Positions 29,197-39,810 of a stretch of DNA of 64,000 bases are shown in pieces. The stretch covers positions 64,191 through 128,190 of the forward strand of contig OZ220467.1 in NCBI GenBank assembly GCA_965116075.1. The letters are read 5' to 3'. The position numbers and the translations under genes are program-made. The first letter of the stretch is position 1. Each line of letters begins with the position of its first letter. This DNA is from Thermodesulfobacteriota bacterium (GTDB taxonomy: Bacteria; Desulfobacterota_D; UBA1144; Nemesobacterales; Nemesobacteraceae). The notes below the pieces were generated by a model, which was given only the letters and a program-made list of their open reading frames with translations, made no database searches and was not told the DNA's origin.

Positions 29197-31079
29197 CTCT
29201 TGGCGCCAAAGTCACGCAAACGTTGCTCACTCATTGACCATGGCAACCAAGGCGATAGATCTTTTGGAGGACTCCTGCCATCTTCCGCGCAGGCTCTCAA
29301 CCATCCCTTCAGCCAACTAAGAACGTCAATGCCATTCTTTGCGAGCGTACCCAGCACCGTGTATAGAATGGCTGATGTTCTTGCGCCCTCTTCACTGTCA
29401 GATCCAAAACTTACTTTACGGGCGATGGCCAGCCAGCGTAGCGCTCTCTCCGCAATATTGTTATCCATGGGAACTTGGGGATGTTCAACGAACACGCTCA
29501 GCCCTTCACGATGATTCATAAGCGACTTAAGTGGCTTTCGCTCACGCGCATCTTCCGCTAACTCGGATAATTCACTCTCAGCTTTGCTGAACAATGCGTC
29601 GCACGCTTTTTTCAACTCTATCTGTATTCGTTCAAACTCTACAGTATTACCTGAGACGTAGTGATCACACCGCTGTTTGTTTAACTTATACATCTCTGCA
29701 ATGCGTTCTATCCATTGTTCATTCCATTGCTCAAGCTGCTCGTCTCCTGCAGCGCATTTTATAAAATCTCTTCGTACATGCGCCCAACAAAAACACAGCG
29801 TCACCTTCTTATTGAGTTCTTCGAGGAAATCCCGAACCATCTTCTTATAGGAACCGTGGCGGTCGCAGACCAAGAAAATACAATCAACGCTGTCAATGAA
29901 TAGGACCTTTGCCGCCTCAGAACTACGCCAACGGTGTATATTGAATAAGACAGAGTCTTTGCTCACAGATGTCCATAGCCAAGCGCGTTGAGAACCCCCC
30001 ACTTCCTTCAGTGACTGGATTCGCCAACTTGTCTCGTCTGCATGACGCAATCTATCTTCGTTTTGATGGGCGAGAATAGCGTCATAGAGAGTCTCGAACA
30101 GAGGCAGCAGGCGCTTTGCGCTGTCCGCTAGAGTCCCTGCCGAAATCTTAAACCCGTGGTCGCTAAAGCATTTCTCTATACTACGGTAGGGCCTCAGGTT
30201 CCAGTAGCGCTCGTATATCAATAGAGCCCAGACACTGGTCCCATATGGCGTATGTTCAAACAGCCGCGCCGGCGCTGGCGCAGTCACATAGAGCGGAGAT
30301 GACTCACAGTCGCATGACCTACGATAACGGAAGCGGTTAATCCTGCGCGTGTGCGCCTTAACCTTAATCTCTGATATCTTCGAGGTCCGCTTCCCATTTG
30401 CAACGTACCGCTCCCCACAACAAGAACAGGTAATCTCATCATCTGACGGATGCCACGACTCTTCTACCACCTCAATATCTGGTCGGGCTGTACGACCATG
30501 ACCAGGCGCCCCGGGCTGTTGTCCTCGTCTACGCCCCGAAGGTGAACTCTTCTGCTTCTCACTACGACGTCCGTACAACGAATTGGACAGAACCTTACGG
30601 TTAGAAAGCAGGTTCTTGACCTGCTTCTTCAGCTCTGCATTCTCATTCTTCAAGCTGCCAATCTCCATCCGCAACGATACAATCGTACTACGCTTGCGCC
30701 TATCTACTCCAACCTCGTCTAGCAATGCTCTAAGTCGTTGTACTTCTTTGTCCAACGATAAAGCACTTTTCGCCACACGACTGATACGCTTTACTTCCTC
30801 ATTTTTCGCGTCCAACTGAGTACGCGCTTTCTGGCAATACCTTTTATACCTCCCCGCCCAAGACCGTTGCCGAGTTACTTCATGTTCTAATTCCTGATAA
30901 TCATGTTCTAACTTCTGATGTTTATGTTTTAACTCCTGATAAGCCGCTAGCAACTCTTCGTACGAAAACTTACAGTCTAACGAAGCGCGTCCCGACGTAG
31001 CCGGCATGCAATTGATGCATCCAGCGTCATCTTTATCCAATAACCTGACAACCCCGATCTCTTTGTCGTGAACAATCAT
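29193..31079 (-). CDS. IS66-family transposase (TnpC-like)
   Basis: 628 aa with an N-terminal coiled coil, a CxxC zinc finger (ITCSCCGERY), and HADETSWRIQ, CWAHVRRDF and MDNNIAERALR motifs. Confidence 0.85.
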   Translation of the reverse strand: MIVHDKEIGVVRLLDKDDAGCINCMPATSGRASLDCKFSYEELLAAYQELKHKHQKLEHDYQELEHEVTRQRSWAGRYKRYCQKARTQLDAKNEEVKRISRVAKSALSLDKEVQRLRALLDEVGVDRRKRSTIVSLRMEIGSLKNENAELKKQVKNLLSNRKVLSNSLYGRRSEKQKSSPSGRRRGQQPGAPGHGRTARPDIEVVEESWHPSDDEITCSCCGERYVANGKRTSKISEIKVKAHTRRINRFRYRRSCDCESSPLYVTAPAPARLFEHTPYGTSVWALLIYERYWNLRPYRSIEKCFSDHGFKISAGTLADSAKRLLPLFETLYDAILAHQNEDRLRHADETSWRIQSLKEVGGSQRAWLWTSVSKDSVLFNIHRWRSSEAAKVLFIDSVDCIFLVCDRHGSYKKMVRDFLEELNKKVTLCFCWAHVRRDFIKCAAGDEQLEQWNEQWIERIAEMYKLNKQRCDHYVSGNTVEFERIQIELKKACDALFSKAESELSELAEDARERKPLKSLMNHREGLSVFVEHPQVPMDNNIAERALRWLAIARKVSFGSDSEEGARTSAILYTVLGTLAKNGIDVLSWLKGWLRACAEDGRSPPKDLSPWLPWSMSEQRLRDFGAKR

Positions 31080-31200
31080 ATGACCGATGATAACCGATCA
31101 ATTAAGGAGTGACCAGTCTAAATGCAAAAAAATATTTAAGACGGGATTAACGAACGATTAATCAAGCAAACACCCCTTGAACGAACGCTTACGTTTGAAG

Positions 31201-31472
31201 GCATTGAGGACCTTTTCGTAGGTTACGGAGATGACACGATTACCGGAAACGACGAAGACAACTACATTAGGGCGGAGGGAGGAAACAACACTATCAACGG
31301 AAAAGCAGGCGACGATTTAATCCTCGGTGGTGAAGGAGACGATACCATTAACGCAGGGGCTGGCGACGATGTTTTTGACGGATGGGGAGGCAGTGATGTT
31401 CTCACTGGAGGCGCGGGAGCGGATATCTTTATTATTCAATATTCTGCCTCGCCCTCTGTTGGGATTATTAAA
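31201..31472 (+). pseudogene. Collagen-like/RTX-repeat lipoprotein paralog, fragment 2 of 3 (between the IS66 and IS5 insertions)
   Basis: Translates in frame as GIEDLFVGYGDDTITGNDEDNYIRAEGGNNTINGKAGDDLILGGEGDDTINAGAGDDVFDGWGGSDVLTGGAGADIFIIQ..., collinear with residues about 245-330 of the intact paralog. Confidence 0.7.
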
Positions 31473-33469
31473 GAGGCATTTGCGCTGTCCAAAAGATGTA
31501 TGTATATCAAGGGTTTTTAGAAGGGGTAAAAAACTTTTTACCCCAAAAATACCCCAAAAAAGCCCTAAAATCGGCTAATGTAAGCCAAAAACCACAAATT
31601 TCACCCCACATAAACCAGTTGCCGATTTCTCCCTGAAAAACTTGGGAAAGAGATAAATAACTTGCTGATATTACTTGCTTTACATTCTATATCAGTTATT
31701 ATTATTTCTAACATTCACACATTCTCTCTATAAGGAGCAAACAGTTGCTACAAAAAAAGTATTTACCATTCTCTTGGGAACAAATTGATGAGATTTCAGA
31801 CCTCAAACGTCTTGAGTTGGTTTTGGATGCTTTGCCTGATGAAGATATCATTAGGGCTTTGAAAGCTATGCGCAAGAACGGGCGTAATGAGTATCCGGTA
31901 GAACCAATGTGGAGGGCGACGATTGCTGGCGTAGTGTTTCAGCACGAATCCATAGAATCACTGATACGGGAACTGAACCGTAATTCTGAACTACTTAATA
32001 GATGTGGATTCTGTCCCATTCCCATACAACATATTGACAAGTACAGTCTTGAGCAGGATGAAAACGGCGGGAGACCTAAAGTTGTGGTTAAACAATTTCC
32101 TATCTACAGTACGGCGCCTAGCAGTCACAATTTCTCTCGGTTTCTATCAAACGTAGCGAAGTTGGAGCAACGCGACGGTCTGATTTCGAAAATGATGGAT
32201 AGAATGGGAGGAGAGTTGAGAGAATCGCTTCCGGATTTTGGGAAGCATCTAGGATATGACGGTAAGTCTATAGAGAGTAATTCCACAGGGAGAAAGAGCA
32301 ATAAGACAGGAGAGACATCCGATCCTGATGCGGACTGGGGAGTACATACTACGTCTGGGTTTAACTCTGCTACAGGCAAGGCATGGAAAAGCGTAAAGAG
32401 ATGGTTTGGTTACAAGTTGCATGTAATTGCCGATACCAAGTATGAGATACCGGTTGCGATGAGTCTTACAAAGGCATCTGTATCAGAATATAAGGAGTTG
32501 AATCGGATGATAGACAAGTTGTTTGCGCAGAACCCTGAGTTGGTGGAGCGATGCGAATATTTCAGCGCAGACAAGGGTCTTGACAGTGGGTCATTGAAGA
32601 AGAAGTTTTGGAACGAATATGGAACTGACCCTATAATTGGTATCCGAGAGATGTGGAGGGTGGAGTTGGAGAATCAGAACTATATTGCTGGGCAAAAGAT
32701 TATGCGGCCTTTGAGAGAAGATATTAACAACATATTCTACACAGAGAAGGGCGAGGTTTGGTGTCGTTGTCCTATAACCAAGGTAGAAAGTAAGCTGGTG
32801 GGTTGGGGATATGAAGAGGAGCGAGGTACTTTGAAGTTTCGTTGTCCTGCGGCAGCGCATAACCTGAATTGCGTAGGTAGGGAGAAGTGTCACAAAAATG
32901 CGGGTCGTAAGAACAGTGAATATGGCTTATCCATACGAGTTCCTTTGGACAAGGACCCTCGTATTTTTACCCCGACTCCGTATGGTTCAGTAACTTGGGA
33001 GCGGGAGTATAAGCTTAGGAATTCTATAGAACGTATAAACTCAAGGGTTGACAATAGTTTTAAGTTAGAGAGGCATTTTATCAGAGGCAAGGCTAAAATG
33101 ACTGCTCGTACAGGCTTAGCGTTGAGTGTGATGATGGCGTTAGCCATTGGACACATAAAGGCTGGAAGGGCTGATAAGATGAGGTCCCTTGTTTCTGGGT
33201 GTGCTCCTCGGGCTGGATAGGGTTTTTCTCCGAATACTACAGATAATTTGACCAGAGGAATTTAGCGGTAGTGGCCGTGAATGTATAGTTGCGTCTAAAG
33301 GCTGATAATTGGGCGAAAATCAGCATCATATCCTGCGAAAATCAAGGAATCTGACCGTCAGATTGTTCAAATACGAATCAGTACGAACTGAGACAGTGCT
33401 GAACATGCCTTCATACGTCCTCATTACGTCTAAAATCACTCTCAAAAACCTTACAGCGCAAATGCCTCA
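31473..33469 (+). mobile_element. IS5/IS1182-family insertion sequence (2.0 kb). Perfect 16-bp terminal inverted repeats GAGGCATTTGCGCTGT. Flanking direct repeat ATTAAA.
   Basis: Terminal repeats at 31473..31488 and 33454..33469. Excision restores the reading frame of the disrupted gene. It is the source of the MITE family. Confidence 0.8.
31745..33220 (+). CDS. IS5/IS1182-family DDE transposase (DUF772-like N-terminal domain)
   Basis: 491 aa with NGRNEYPVEPMWRATIAGVVFQHESIESLIRELNRNSELLNRCGF and C-terminal ERHFIRGKAKMTARTGLALSVMMALAIGHIKAGRAD. TTG start. Confidence 0.8.
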   Translation: MLQKKYLPFSWEQIDEISDLKRLELVLDALPDEDIIRALKAMRKNGRNEYPVEPMWRATIAGVVFQHESIESLIRELNRNSELLNRCGFCPIPIQHIDKYSLEQDENGGRPKVVVKQFPIYSTAPSSHNFSRFLSNVAKLEQRDGLISKMMDRMGGELRESLPDFGKHLGYDGKSIESNSTGRKSNKTGETSDPDADWGVHTTSGFNSATGKAWKSVKRWFGYKLHVIADTKYEIPVAMSLTKASVSEYKELNRMIDKLFAQNPELVERCEYFSADKGLDSGSLKKKFWNEYGTDPIIGIREMWRVELENQNYIAGQKIMRPLREDINNIFYTEKGEVWCRCPITKVESKLVGWGYEEERGTLKFRCPAAAHNLNCVGREKCHKNAGRKNSEYGLSIRVPLDKDPRIFTPTPYGSVTWEREYKLRNSIERINSRVDNSFKLERHFIRGKAKMTARTGLALSVMMALAIGHIKAGRADKMRSLVSGCAPRAG

Positions 33470-33475
33470 TTAAAG

Positions 33476-33726
33476 ACTTTGACTTGACAGAAGACAAAAT
33501 CTATTTCAGAGATTTTCCAACGAAAGCAGGGACTAATAGAGATCTATCCGTTACAAGCGGTCGGATTTCGGTTGGAACGACACCGTTTGTTGAAATACAG
33601 GTGAACAATACAGCAGACAACGACAAAGCGAATAGTATAAAAAATGACTCAACAAGATATAGGTTTGTAGAAGCAGATTTTGATACCGATACAAAAAAAA
33701 GAGTTTACACTTTTACAGACAACTAA
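33476..33726 (+). pseudogene. Collagen-like/RTX-repeat lipoprotein paralog, fragment 3 of 3 (C-terminal)
   Basis: DFDLTEDKIYFRDFP...RYRFVEADFDTDTKKRVYTFTDN* parallels the C-terminus of the intact paralog (DFDLTEDMIYFRNF...YRFVNSSFGPKTRTYTFTDN*). Confidence 0.7.
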
Positions 33727-34102
33727 ACCGAACTTCTCTTGTTAAAAATACGGAATGGTCAATACAGTATTAGGATATAGGCGAATTCAACCTGTCATTG
33801 AACTGAAAACAAACCGGGCCGGATCAATATTAAGTAGGTTAAATGCCTTTTGTTGTAAATGTTGGCTCAAAGATACTAGCGAAGCAATCACGGGTATAGT
33901 TATTTCTGGATGACCGGACAAATAAAACTCAATGCGTAGAAACACGGTATTATTCTGCGCTGGAAACAATAAAAGTCAGATGAAGTTCGGACTAAAGAAT
34001 CTCGGTGTGGAGTTTACAGCAGGTTTTATACCTGTGGTTTTTTTTAGTACATTGGCAAGAACGCTTCAGGAGGAAATACGATGAGCCTAGCAAAAGACTT
34101 CA

Positions 34103-34726
34103 GAGGCATTTGCGTTGTCCAAAATGTGTATACATATCAAGGGGTTTTAGAAGAGTAAAAAACTTTTTACGTAAGCGTTCGTTCAAAGGGGTGTTTATAG
34201 AGGGTTTGAGCGATTGAGGATTTGTCTCCAATTTCTGTGAAGCGGTCGTAGCCAAATGTCCTTTTTGGGTTTATCGCGTCAATTGTACCGGTTGGAGCGA
34301 CCACGTTCCTGTGTAGTTCCAACGCGTATCCATCCAGAGGCACGGTATACGGTACCTGTATATGTCGGAATTTGTACAAATGTCTCAACCCAAGTTTACC
34401 CCCAAAAAGCCCTAAAATCGGTTGACATAGCCTCTGTAAAATTCCCCAAAAAAAATAATTTGACGATGTCATTTGTTTTAATGTTATCATAAAGGTGTCT
34501 TCATAGGTTGAAATTATAATTTGCTAACAGAATCTTCTCCTCTTCTATGAGAGTAAGTCAATGTTATTTTTGGTCATCCTCAAGGAAAAGCCCAAAAAAT
34601 CATTGTAGCGTAACTACCTCAAGTTAATGACAAATTTATCATCTACAAAAAAACCATAACGGTTCCACAATCATCAAAAGAAATCAGCATCAAGCATCAC
34701 TACAGCGCAAATGCTCCACATGCGGT
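34103..34726 (+). mobile_element. MITE-B copy (inverted relative to 5346..5811) carrying a nested about 215-bp fragment of the IS66-like element end (about 34163..34378). It is inserted into a paralog of the small ORF at 44405.
   Basis: Left repeat GAGGCATTTGCGTTGT at 34103, right ...ACAGCGCAAATGCTC at about 34726. The internal GTAAGCGTTCGTTCAAAGGGGTGTTTATAGAGGG... block matches 28280..28500. Confidence 0.6.
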
Positions 34727-34800
34727 AGTCTATTTGCTAGAAAGGGTTGCGCGATATATCTTTAACAAAGGGTTTTTGGATAAAGACCGGACTACTTATA

Positions 34801-35786
34801 TGAAATTCTCAATAACGTTTTGCGCGGTTTTCGCAATTGTGGGCTTCCTCTTCGCCCTGTTATACCTTTCCCCCGTTCGCGCGTTAGTTGTGGGAGTCGC
34901 ATGCGCCGCAGTTGTGTTTGCCACGCTTTATGGTTTAAGGATGCTTTTTCGGAAAATATCTCTTCGCGGCTCACTCGGGGTTGCAGTCGGTGGACTTACA
35001 GGCGGGTTTCTCTACTACGGACTTTTCATGGCATTGGGTGAATTTCCGGTTTCACCGGAGTTTTTTCCTGAGTTAAAAGTGGCGATGTTTGTTCTTCTTG
35101 TCTCCGCAGGCGCGATAATTGGTTACGATAAAACTCTTTTGGGAACGGTGTCTTCAGATTCGTTTTTCAGAAAACCCGAAGCGCTTGCTCCCAAAATACT
35201 TGACACAAGCGTAATCATCGATGGGCGCATCGCTGATATAGTTCAAGTGGGTTTTCTTGAAGGGGAAATAGTGGTGCCTAAATTCGTTATTCAAGAACTT
35301 CAGTACATAGCCGACTCTTCTGATTTAGCTAGAAAAACCCGTGGTAGAAGAGGGCTTGATATAATAACCAGAATGCAAAATGAGATACCTTCTGCAAAGG
35401 TGAGGATCACCGATCAAGATTTTGATCATATAAAAGACGTTGACATAAAACTTATAGAACTTTCAAAGAGGCTAAACGGCGCGCTTGTTACAAATGATTT
35501 TAACCTCAAGAAAATAGCCGATTTAGAGAAAGTCACTGTCTTGAACATAAATGAACTTAACCATGCGCTGTGGCCAGTCGTTGAACAAGGTGAAAAAATA
35601 AGAATAACTCTGGCGAAGCCTGGCAAGGAGCAAAACCAAGCGGTCGGCTACCTTGACGATGGAACCACCGTTATCGTGGATAACGCTACAAGGCATATAG
35701 GAAAGGAAGTAGAGGCTTCGGTAAAGAGCATGGTTCAGACGCCTACTGGAAGAACCGTCTTCGCTAGGTTAAAAAAAGAGGGCTAA
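34801..35786 (+). CDS. PIN/TRAM-domain membrane-associated protein (YacL-like)
   Basis: N-terminal TM segments, a PIN-like core (TSVIIDGRIADIVQVGFLEGEIVVPKFVIQELQYIADS) and a C-terminal TRAM domain. The ORF-track start at 34734 lies inside the MITE; MKFSITF at 34801 is more plausible. Confidence 0.75.
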
Positions 35787-35792
35787 CACCGT

Positions 35793-36521
35793 GTGATGAG
35801 CTTGCGAGTTTCAGTCATAGTCACCGCAGCAGGTCTATCAAAAAGGTTCTCCCCAACTGAGGAAAAGCAATTTGTTGAGATTGCGGGAAAACCTATGCTC
35901 ACCTACTGCCTAGAAACCTTTGAAAGTAGTGACGAGATAACCGGAGTAGTTGTGGTTGTTCCCGCAGGTAGCGTATCTCGCGCGCAGAAGATAGTTAACC
36001 GATCTGGGTTAAAAAAAGTCGTAGCGGTGGTGGCTGGCGGAGAAAAGAGGCAAATTTCTGTGAGAAATGGCTTTGACGCGACTCCGAAAAATACGGATAT
36101 TGTTATTATTCATGATGCCGCAAGGCCCTTTGTCACCTGCGACATAATAGAAAGGATTATTCATAATTCCTCCTATGACGACGGGGTTGCTACATGCGTT
36201 CTGCCTGTTACAGACACTCTCAAGCGCGTAGACATAACTTCACAATCTGTATTAGAAACGGTTTCTAGGGAAGGACTTTTTCGCGCGCAGACCCCGCAGG
36301 CTTTCCGTTATTCGGTACTCGCTGAAATCTACTCTCACTACGACAGCGATATTAAAAAACCCGAGACAACTGACGAAGCCCAACTTGCAGAAGTCTACGG
36401 AACAAAAGTGACAATGGTTGTGGGAAGCGAGGTTAACTTCAAGGTTACAACAATTGAGGACCTTGCTTTGGCGAAACTTATCGCAAGCACAAGCTTATGG
36501 AGAAGTCAGTGTACAGAATAG
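35793..36521 (+). CDS. ispD: 2-C-methyl-D-erythritol 4-phosphate cytidylyltransferase
   Basis: VIVTAAGLSKRF N-terminal motif. Overlaps ispF. Confidence 0.85.
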   Translation: MMSLRVSVIVTAAGLSKRFSPTEEKQFVEIAGKPMLTYCLETFESSDEITGVVVVVPAGSVSRAQKIVNRSGLKKVVAVVAGGEKRQISVRNGFDATPKNTDIVIIHDAARPFVTCDIIERIIHNSSYDDGVATCVLPVTDTLKRVDITSQSVLETVSREGLFRAQTPQAFRYSVLAEIYSHYDSDIKKPETTDEAQLAEVYGTKVTMVVGSEVNFKVTTIEDLALAKLIASTSLWRSQCTE

Positions 36522-36985
36522 GGACGGGATTTGATGTTCACGCGTTTTGTGAACAGAGTCCGCTTGTGCTCGGGGGAGTGAAAATCAGAACTCATCGCGG
36601 GCTCGCTGGACACTCAGATGCAGACGTGCTTTCCCACGCGGTTGCAGACGCCATACTTGGAGCCATAGGCCAAGGAGATATAGGTAGACACTTTTCGCCA
36701 GAGGACCCAAAGTGTAAGAACATCTCAAGCCTCATAATCCTTTCCCACGTAGCGCAGATGGCAAGGGAGAGTGGGTTTACTGTGGAGAACATTGACTGCA
36801 CGGTTATCTGTGAAGAGCCAAAGATATCTCCTCACGCAAAACTTATGGAGCAAAGAATAGCAAAAGCTATGGGAATCTTAGCAAATGTTGTAAACGTAAA
36901 GGGAACTTCAACTGAAGAACTCGGGTTTATAGGAAGAAGGGAAGGGATAGCGGCCATGGCAAGCGCATGCCTCAGTCGTCGCTAA
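36497..36985 (+). CDS. ispF: 2-C-methyl-D-erythritol 2,4-cyclodiphosphate synthase
   Basis: RIGTGFDVHAF...GHSDADVLSHAVADAILGA. Confidence 0.9.
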   Translation: MEKSVYRIGTGFDVHAFCEQSPLVLGGVKIRTHRGLAGHSDADVLSHAVADAILGAIGQGDIGRHFSPEDPKCKNISSLIILSHVAQMARESGFTVENIDCTVICEEPKISPHAKLMEQRIAKAMGILANVVNVKGTSTEELGFIGRREGIAAMASACLSRR

Positions 36986-37018
36986 GAGAAAAACTGCGCT
37001 GTCTATATATCGTCAATG

Positions 37019-37771
37019 CTAAATTTTTGTATCAAGAAAATCCCTGAAGTGGCTTATAGTCGTTATCTCTGCTTCCGCTACGGTTCCCGTAAACATGATT
37101 TTGCCTTCATCAAGAAAGGCCACTCTATCTGAAACCTCAAATGCAGCGCCTATGTCATGAGTTATAACCACTCCGGTTATGCCTAGACGGTCTCTCATAC
37201 TTTTTATTATCCCAACGATTCTTCTAACGTTGGGAGGGTCAAGCCCAGTGGTGGGTTCGTCATAGAGAAGAATCTGAGGACGCGTGGCTATAGCTCTTGC
37301 CAACGCCACTCTTTTTTTCATACCCCCGCTAAGTTCCCCCGGATATTTATCCTCTATCCCCGGAAGATCAACAAGTTCCAGATTGCAAGCTACTTCCTCT
37401 TCTATACGTTGCGGGGGAAAATCTGAATTTTCAATCAACGGATAGGCGATATTCTCAAAGACCGTGAGCGAATCAAAAAGCGCTGAGTGCTGAAACAACA
37501 TCCCTATTTCTTTTCTTATTTTTACCAGTTCCCTTTCGGTCATCCCCAAAGTGTCTTCTCCTAGAATTACCACCTTCCCTCTGTCGGGTTTTACAAGACC
37601 GGTTATTTCCTTTAACAGAACGCTTTTACCAACCCCACTTTCCCCTAGAACAGTGAAGATCTCTCCCCGCTTCACCGAAAAGTTTATTCCACAGTGCACG
37701 GGCTTGCCGTCAAATGCCTTATACACATCTTCCATCACTATTACGTTTTCCGACATGGAAATTTTCTCCAT
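37019..37771 (-). CDS. ABC transporter ATP-binding protein, MlaF-like
   Basis: Walker A GESGVGKS, signature LSGGMKKRVALARA, about 250 aa. Confidence 0.75.
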   Translation of the reverse strand: MEKISMSENVIVMEDVYKAFDGKPVHCGINFSVKRGEIFTVLGESGVGKSVLLKEITGLVKPDRGKVVILGEDTLGMTERELVKIRKEIGMLFQHSALFDSLTVFENIAYPLIENSDFPPQRIEEEVACNLELVDLPGIEDKYPGELSGGMKKRVALARAIATRPQILLYDEPTTGLDPPNVRRIVGIIKSMRDRLGITGVVITHDIGAAFEVSDRVAFLDEGKIMFTGTVAEAEITTISHFRDFLDTKI

Positions 37772-37940
37772 AGAAAATCCTTAATTGTCATAGCGAAAAA
37801 GAAATTCCGGAAACATCAGGAGAGCAGGCAGTGATTGTTTGCTCTTCATGAATTTGACGGAAACTTTTCTCTAGGTCTTGAAAAATCGCGCTAAGATGAT
37901 ATACTTCTACACAGACCAATTTGCATAGGAGTATATTATC

Positions 37941-38555
37941 ATGGTACACCAATTGCCTGACCTTCCCTACAGTTATGATGCCCTAGAACCCCATATAGAC
38001 GCAAGAACTATGGAAATACATCACTCAAAACACCATCAGGGATATGTGAACAACCTGAACGCCGCACTGGAAAAATATCCAGAGTTTGCTGAGAAATCGC
38101 TTGAAGATCTATTGGAAAATATTAACTCAATCCCAGAAGACATAAAAACCGCTGTCAGAAACAATGGTGGTGGACACGCGAATCACAGCCTTTTTTGGAC
38201 CTGTATGAGTTCCGGTAGCGAGGCTGGAGAGCCATCCGGGGAATTAGCTGAGGCTATAAATTCCATATTTGGAAGTTTTGAAGGTTTCCGTGACGCCTTT
38301 TCCAAGGCAGCCACCACCAGATTCGGAAGTGGTTGGGCGTGGCTCTGCGTTGACCACGACGGAAAACTAGTTGTAACATCTACTCAGAATCAAGATAATC
38401 CTATTTCCGAAGGACTTTGTCCCATTCTCGGTCTTGATGTGTGGGAACACGCATATTATCTCAATTATCAGAATAGAAGACCTGATTACGTAAAGGCTTG
38501 GTGGAATGTGATAAATTGGGAAAAGGTTTCTGAGAATTTCACTAAGGCTAAGTAA
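37941..38555 (+). CDS. Superoxide dismutase [Fe/Mn]
   Basis: [32 protein letters not shown] and DVWEHAYYL motifs. Confidence 0.9.
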   Translation: MVHQLPDLPYSYDALEPHIDARTMEIHHSKHHQGYVNNLNAALEKYPEFAEKSLEDLLENINSIPEDIKTAVRNNGGGHANHSLFWTCMSSGSEAGEPSGELAEAINSIFGSFEGFRDAFSKAATTRFGSGWAWLCVDHDGKLVVTSTQNQDNPISEGLCPILGLDVWEHAYYLNYQNRRPDYVKAWWNVINWEKVSENFTKAK

Positions 38556-38672
38556 AACACGGTAATCAAGACCTAAAAAACGCTTACATTTCTGCGTGAA
38601 AAATTTTATAATCGCTTTATTAAAAACCTTACAGCCTAATTGCTTTGCCGGTGGCCGGCGCGAAAAATAAAA

Positions 38673-39800
38673 ATGAACATAGAATACAAAGATTTTGAAA
38701 ACGAAGAAGAAGATTTTTCTTACTCCGATGACGAAGATAGTAATTCCACCAGTACTACTAATCCTGACAACCTAGACGAAGAAGCTCTCAAGACTAGGGG
38801 GAAGGAAAAGGAAAAGTGGATTCCCGACGAGCAACTACGACTCCTTTACGTTTACTTCAAGGACATGGCGGTTGAGCCTCTTTTCGTTGCAAAGCAAGAA
38901 GTTGAGGTCTCCGCCAGAATCAAGATGTGCGAAATAAAGATGGAGAAAATTCCTAAAAATATTGAGAAAATTAGGAAAATTCGCGTCAGAAAAAATTCAG
39001 CCAGAGCGATTGCTTTAGAAAAAAAATTACAAACTCTTCGCACTATGGAGAATCTGTACGTTGACCGAGCGCTTAAGTTCAAGCAGAGATTCGTAAAAGC
39101 TAATCTCAGACTGGTAATAACGATCTCTAGAAGGTATATGAGTAGAGGGCTACCTCTTCCAGACCTTATCCAAGAGGGAAATCTTGGTCTTATGCGCGCT
39201 GTGGAGAGGTTTGACTATACCAAAGGCTACAAGTTTTCAACCTACGCGTCTTGGTGGATACATCAAGCCATATTGCGTGCGCTTCAAGGACAGACTAGAA
39301 CCATCAAAGTCCCCGTTTACCTGCTTGAGCAGTCAAATAGGGTTTACAAAACTAGCGCGCGACTCAACAAGGATTTGGGAAGGAAACCTACACCGAAAGA
39401 GGTGTCCGAGGCATCGGGAATTTCAGCCGAAGTAATAAACAGAATTCTCAATTCCACGAATGACGCCATAAGTCTTGACACTCCGGTTCTTGATGGAGAA
39501 AAAGCAACTCTCCTAGATTCAGTAGCAGACAAAGAAACAAAGAACCCCGACTCCATAATAGCCCAGAGGGCGCTTGCGGAAAAGCTCCAAGATGCGCTTA
39601 CTTTTCTGAATTCAAGAGAAGAGGAAATTATAAGGCTCCGATTCGGCATAGGACGCCGTAGCACCTACACGCTTGATCAAATCGGAAAAAAATTCGATCT
39701 GACAAGGGAAAGAATAAGGCAAATAGAAAAAGCGGCGTTGGGAAAACTCAAATGTTCGGAGTTAAGCGACGATCTAGCAAGTTTTCTAATGCGACAGTAA
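38673..39800 (+). CDS. RNA polymerase sigma factor, sigma-70 family (RpoD/RpoS-like)
   Basis: Regions 2 (YASWWIHQAILRAL) and 4 (LDQIGKKFDLTRERIRQIEKAALGKL). Start taken at MNIEYKDF. Confidence 0.8.
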   Translation: MNIEYKDFENEEEDFSYSDDEDSNSTSTTNPDNLDEEALKTRGKEKEKWIPDEQLRLLYVYFKDMAVEPLFVAKQEVEVSARIKMCEIKMEKIPKNIEKIRKIRVRKNSARAIALEKKLQTLRTMENLYVDRALKFKQRFVKANLRLVITISRRYMSRGLPLPDLIQEGNLGLMRAVERFDYTKGYKFSTYASWWIHQAILRALQGQTRTIKVPVYLLEQSNRVYKTSARLNKDLGRKPTPKEVSEASGISAEVINRILNSTNDAISLDTPVLDGEKATLLDSVADKETKNPDSIIAQRALAEKLQDALTFLNSREEEIIRLRFGIGRRSTYTLDQIGKKFDLTRERIRQIEKAALGKLKCSELSDDLASFLMRQ

Positions 39801-39810
39801 CTCTACTTCT

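Larger units (their letters stand above)
28280..31192 (-). mobile_element. IS66-family insertion sequence (2.9 kb) carrying a transposase and a DUF4338 passenger gene. Inverted repeats GTAAGCGTTCGTTCAAGGGGTGTTT. 8-bp target-site duplication GTTTGAAG at 28272..28279 and 31193..31200.
   Basis: Terminal inverted repeats and the direct repeat are read directly. Removing the element restores the open reading frame of the disrupted gene. Confidence 0.8.

Noticed and set aside
31327-31578. 83-aa ORF
   Set aside because: Chimeric reading frame composed of pseudogene fragment 2 running into the IS5-family left end. Not an independent gene.
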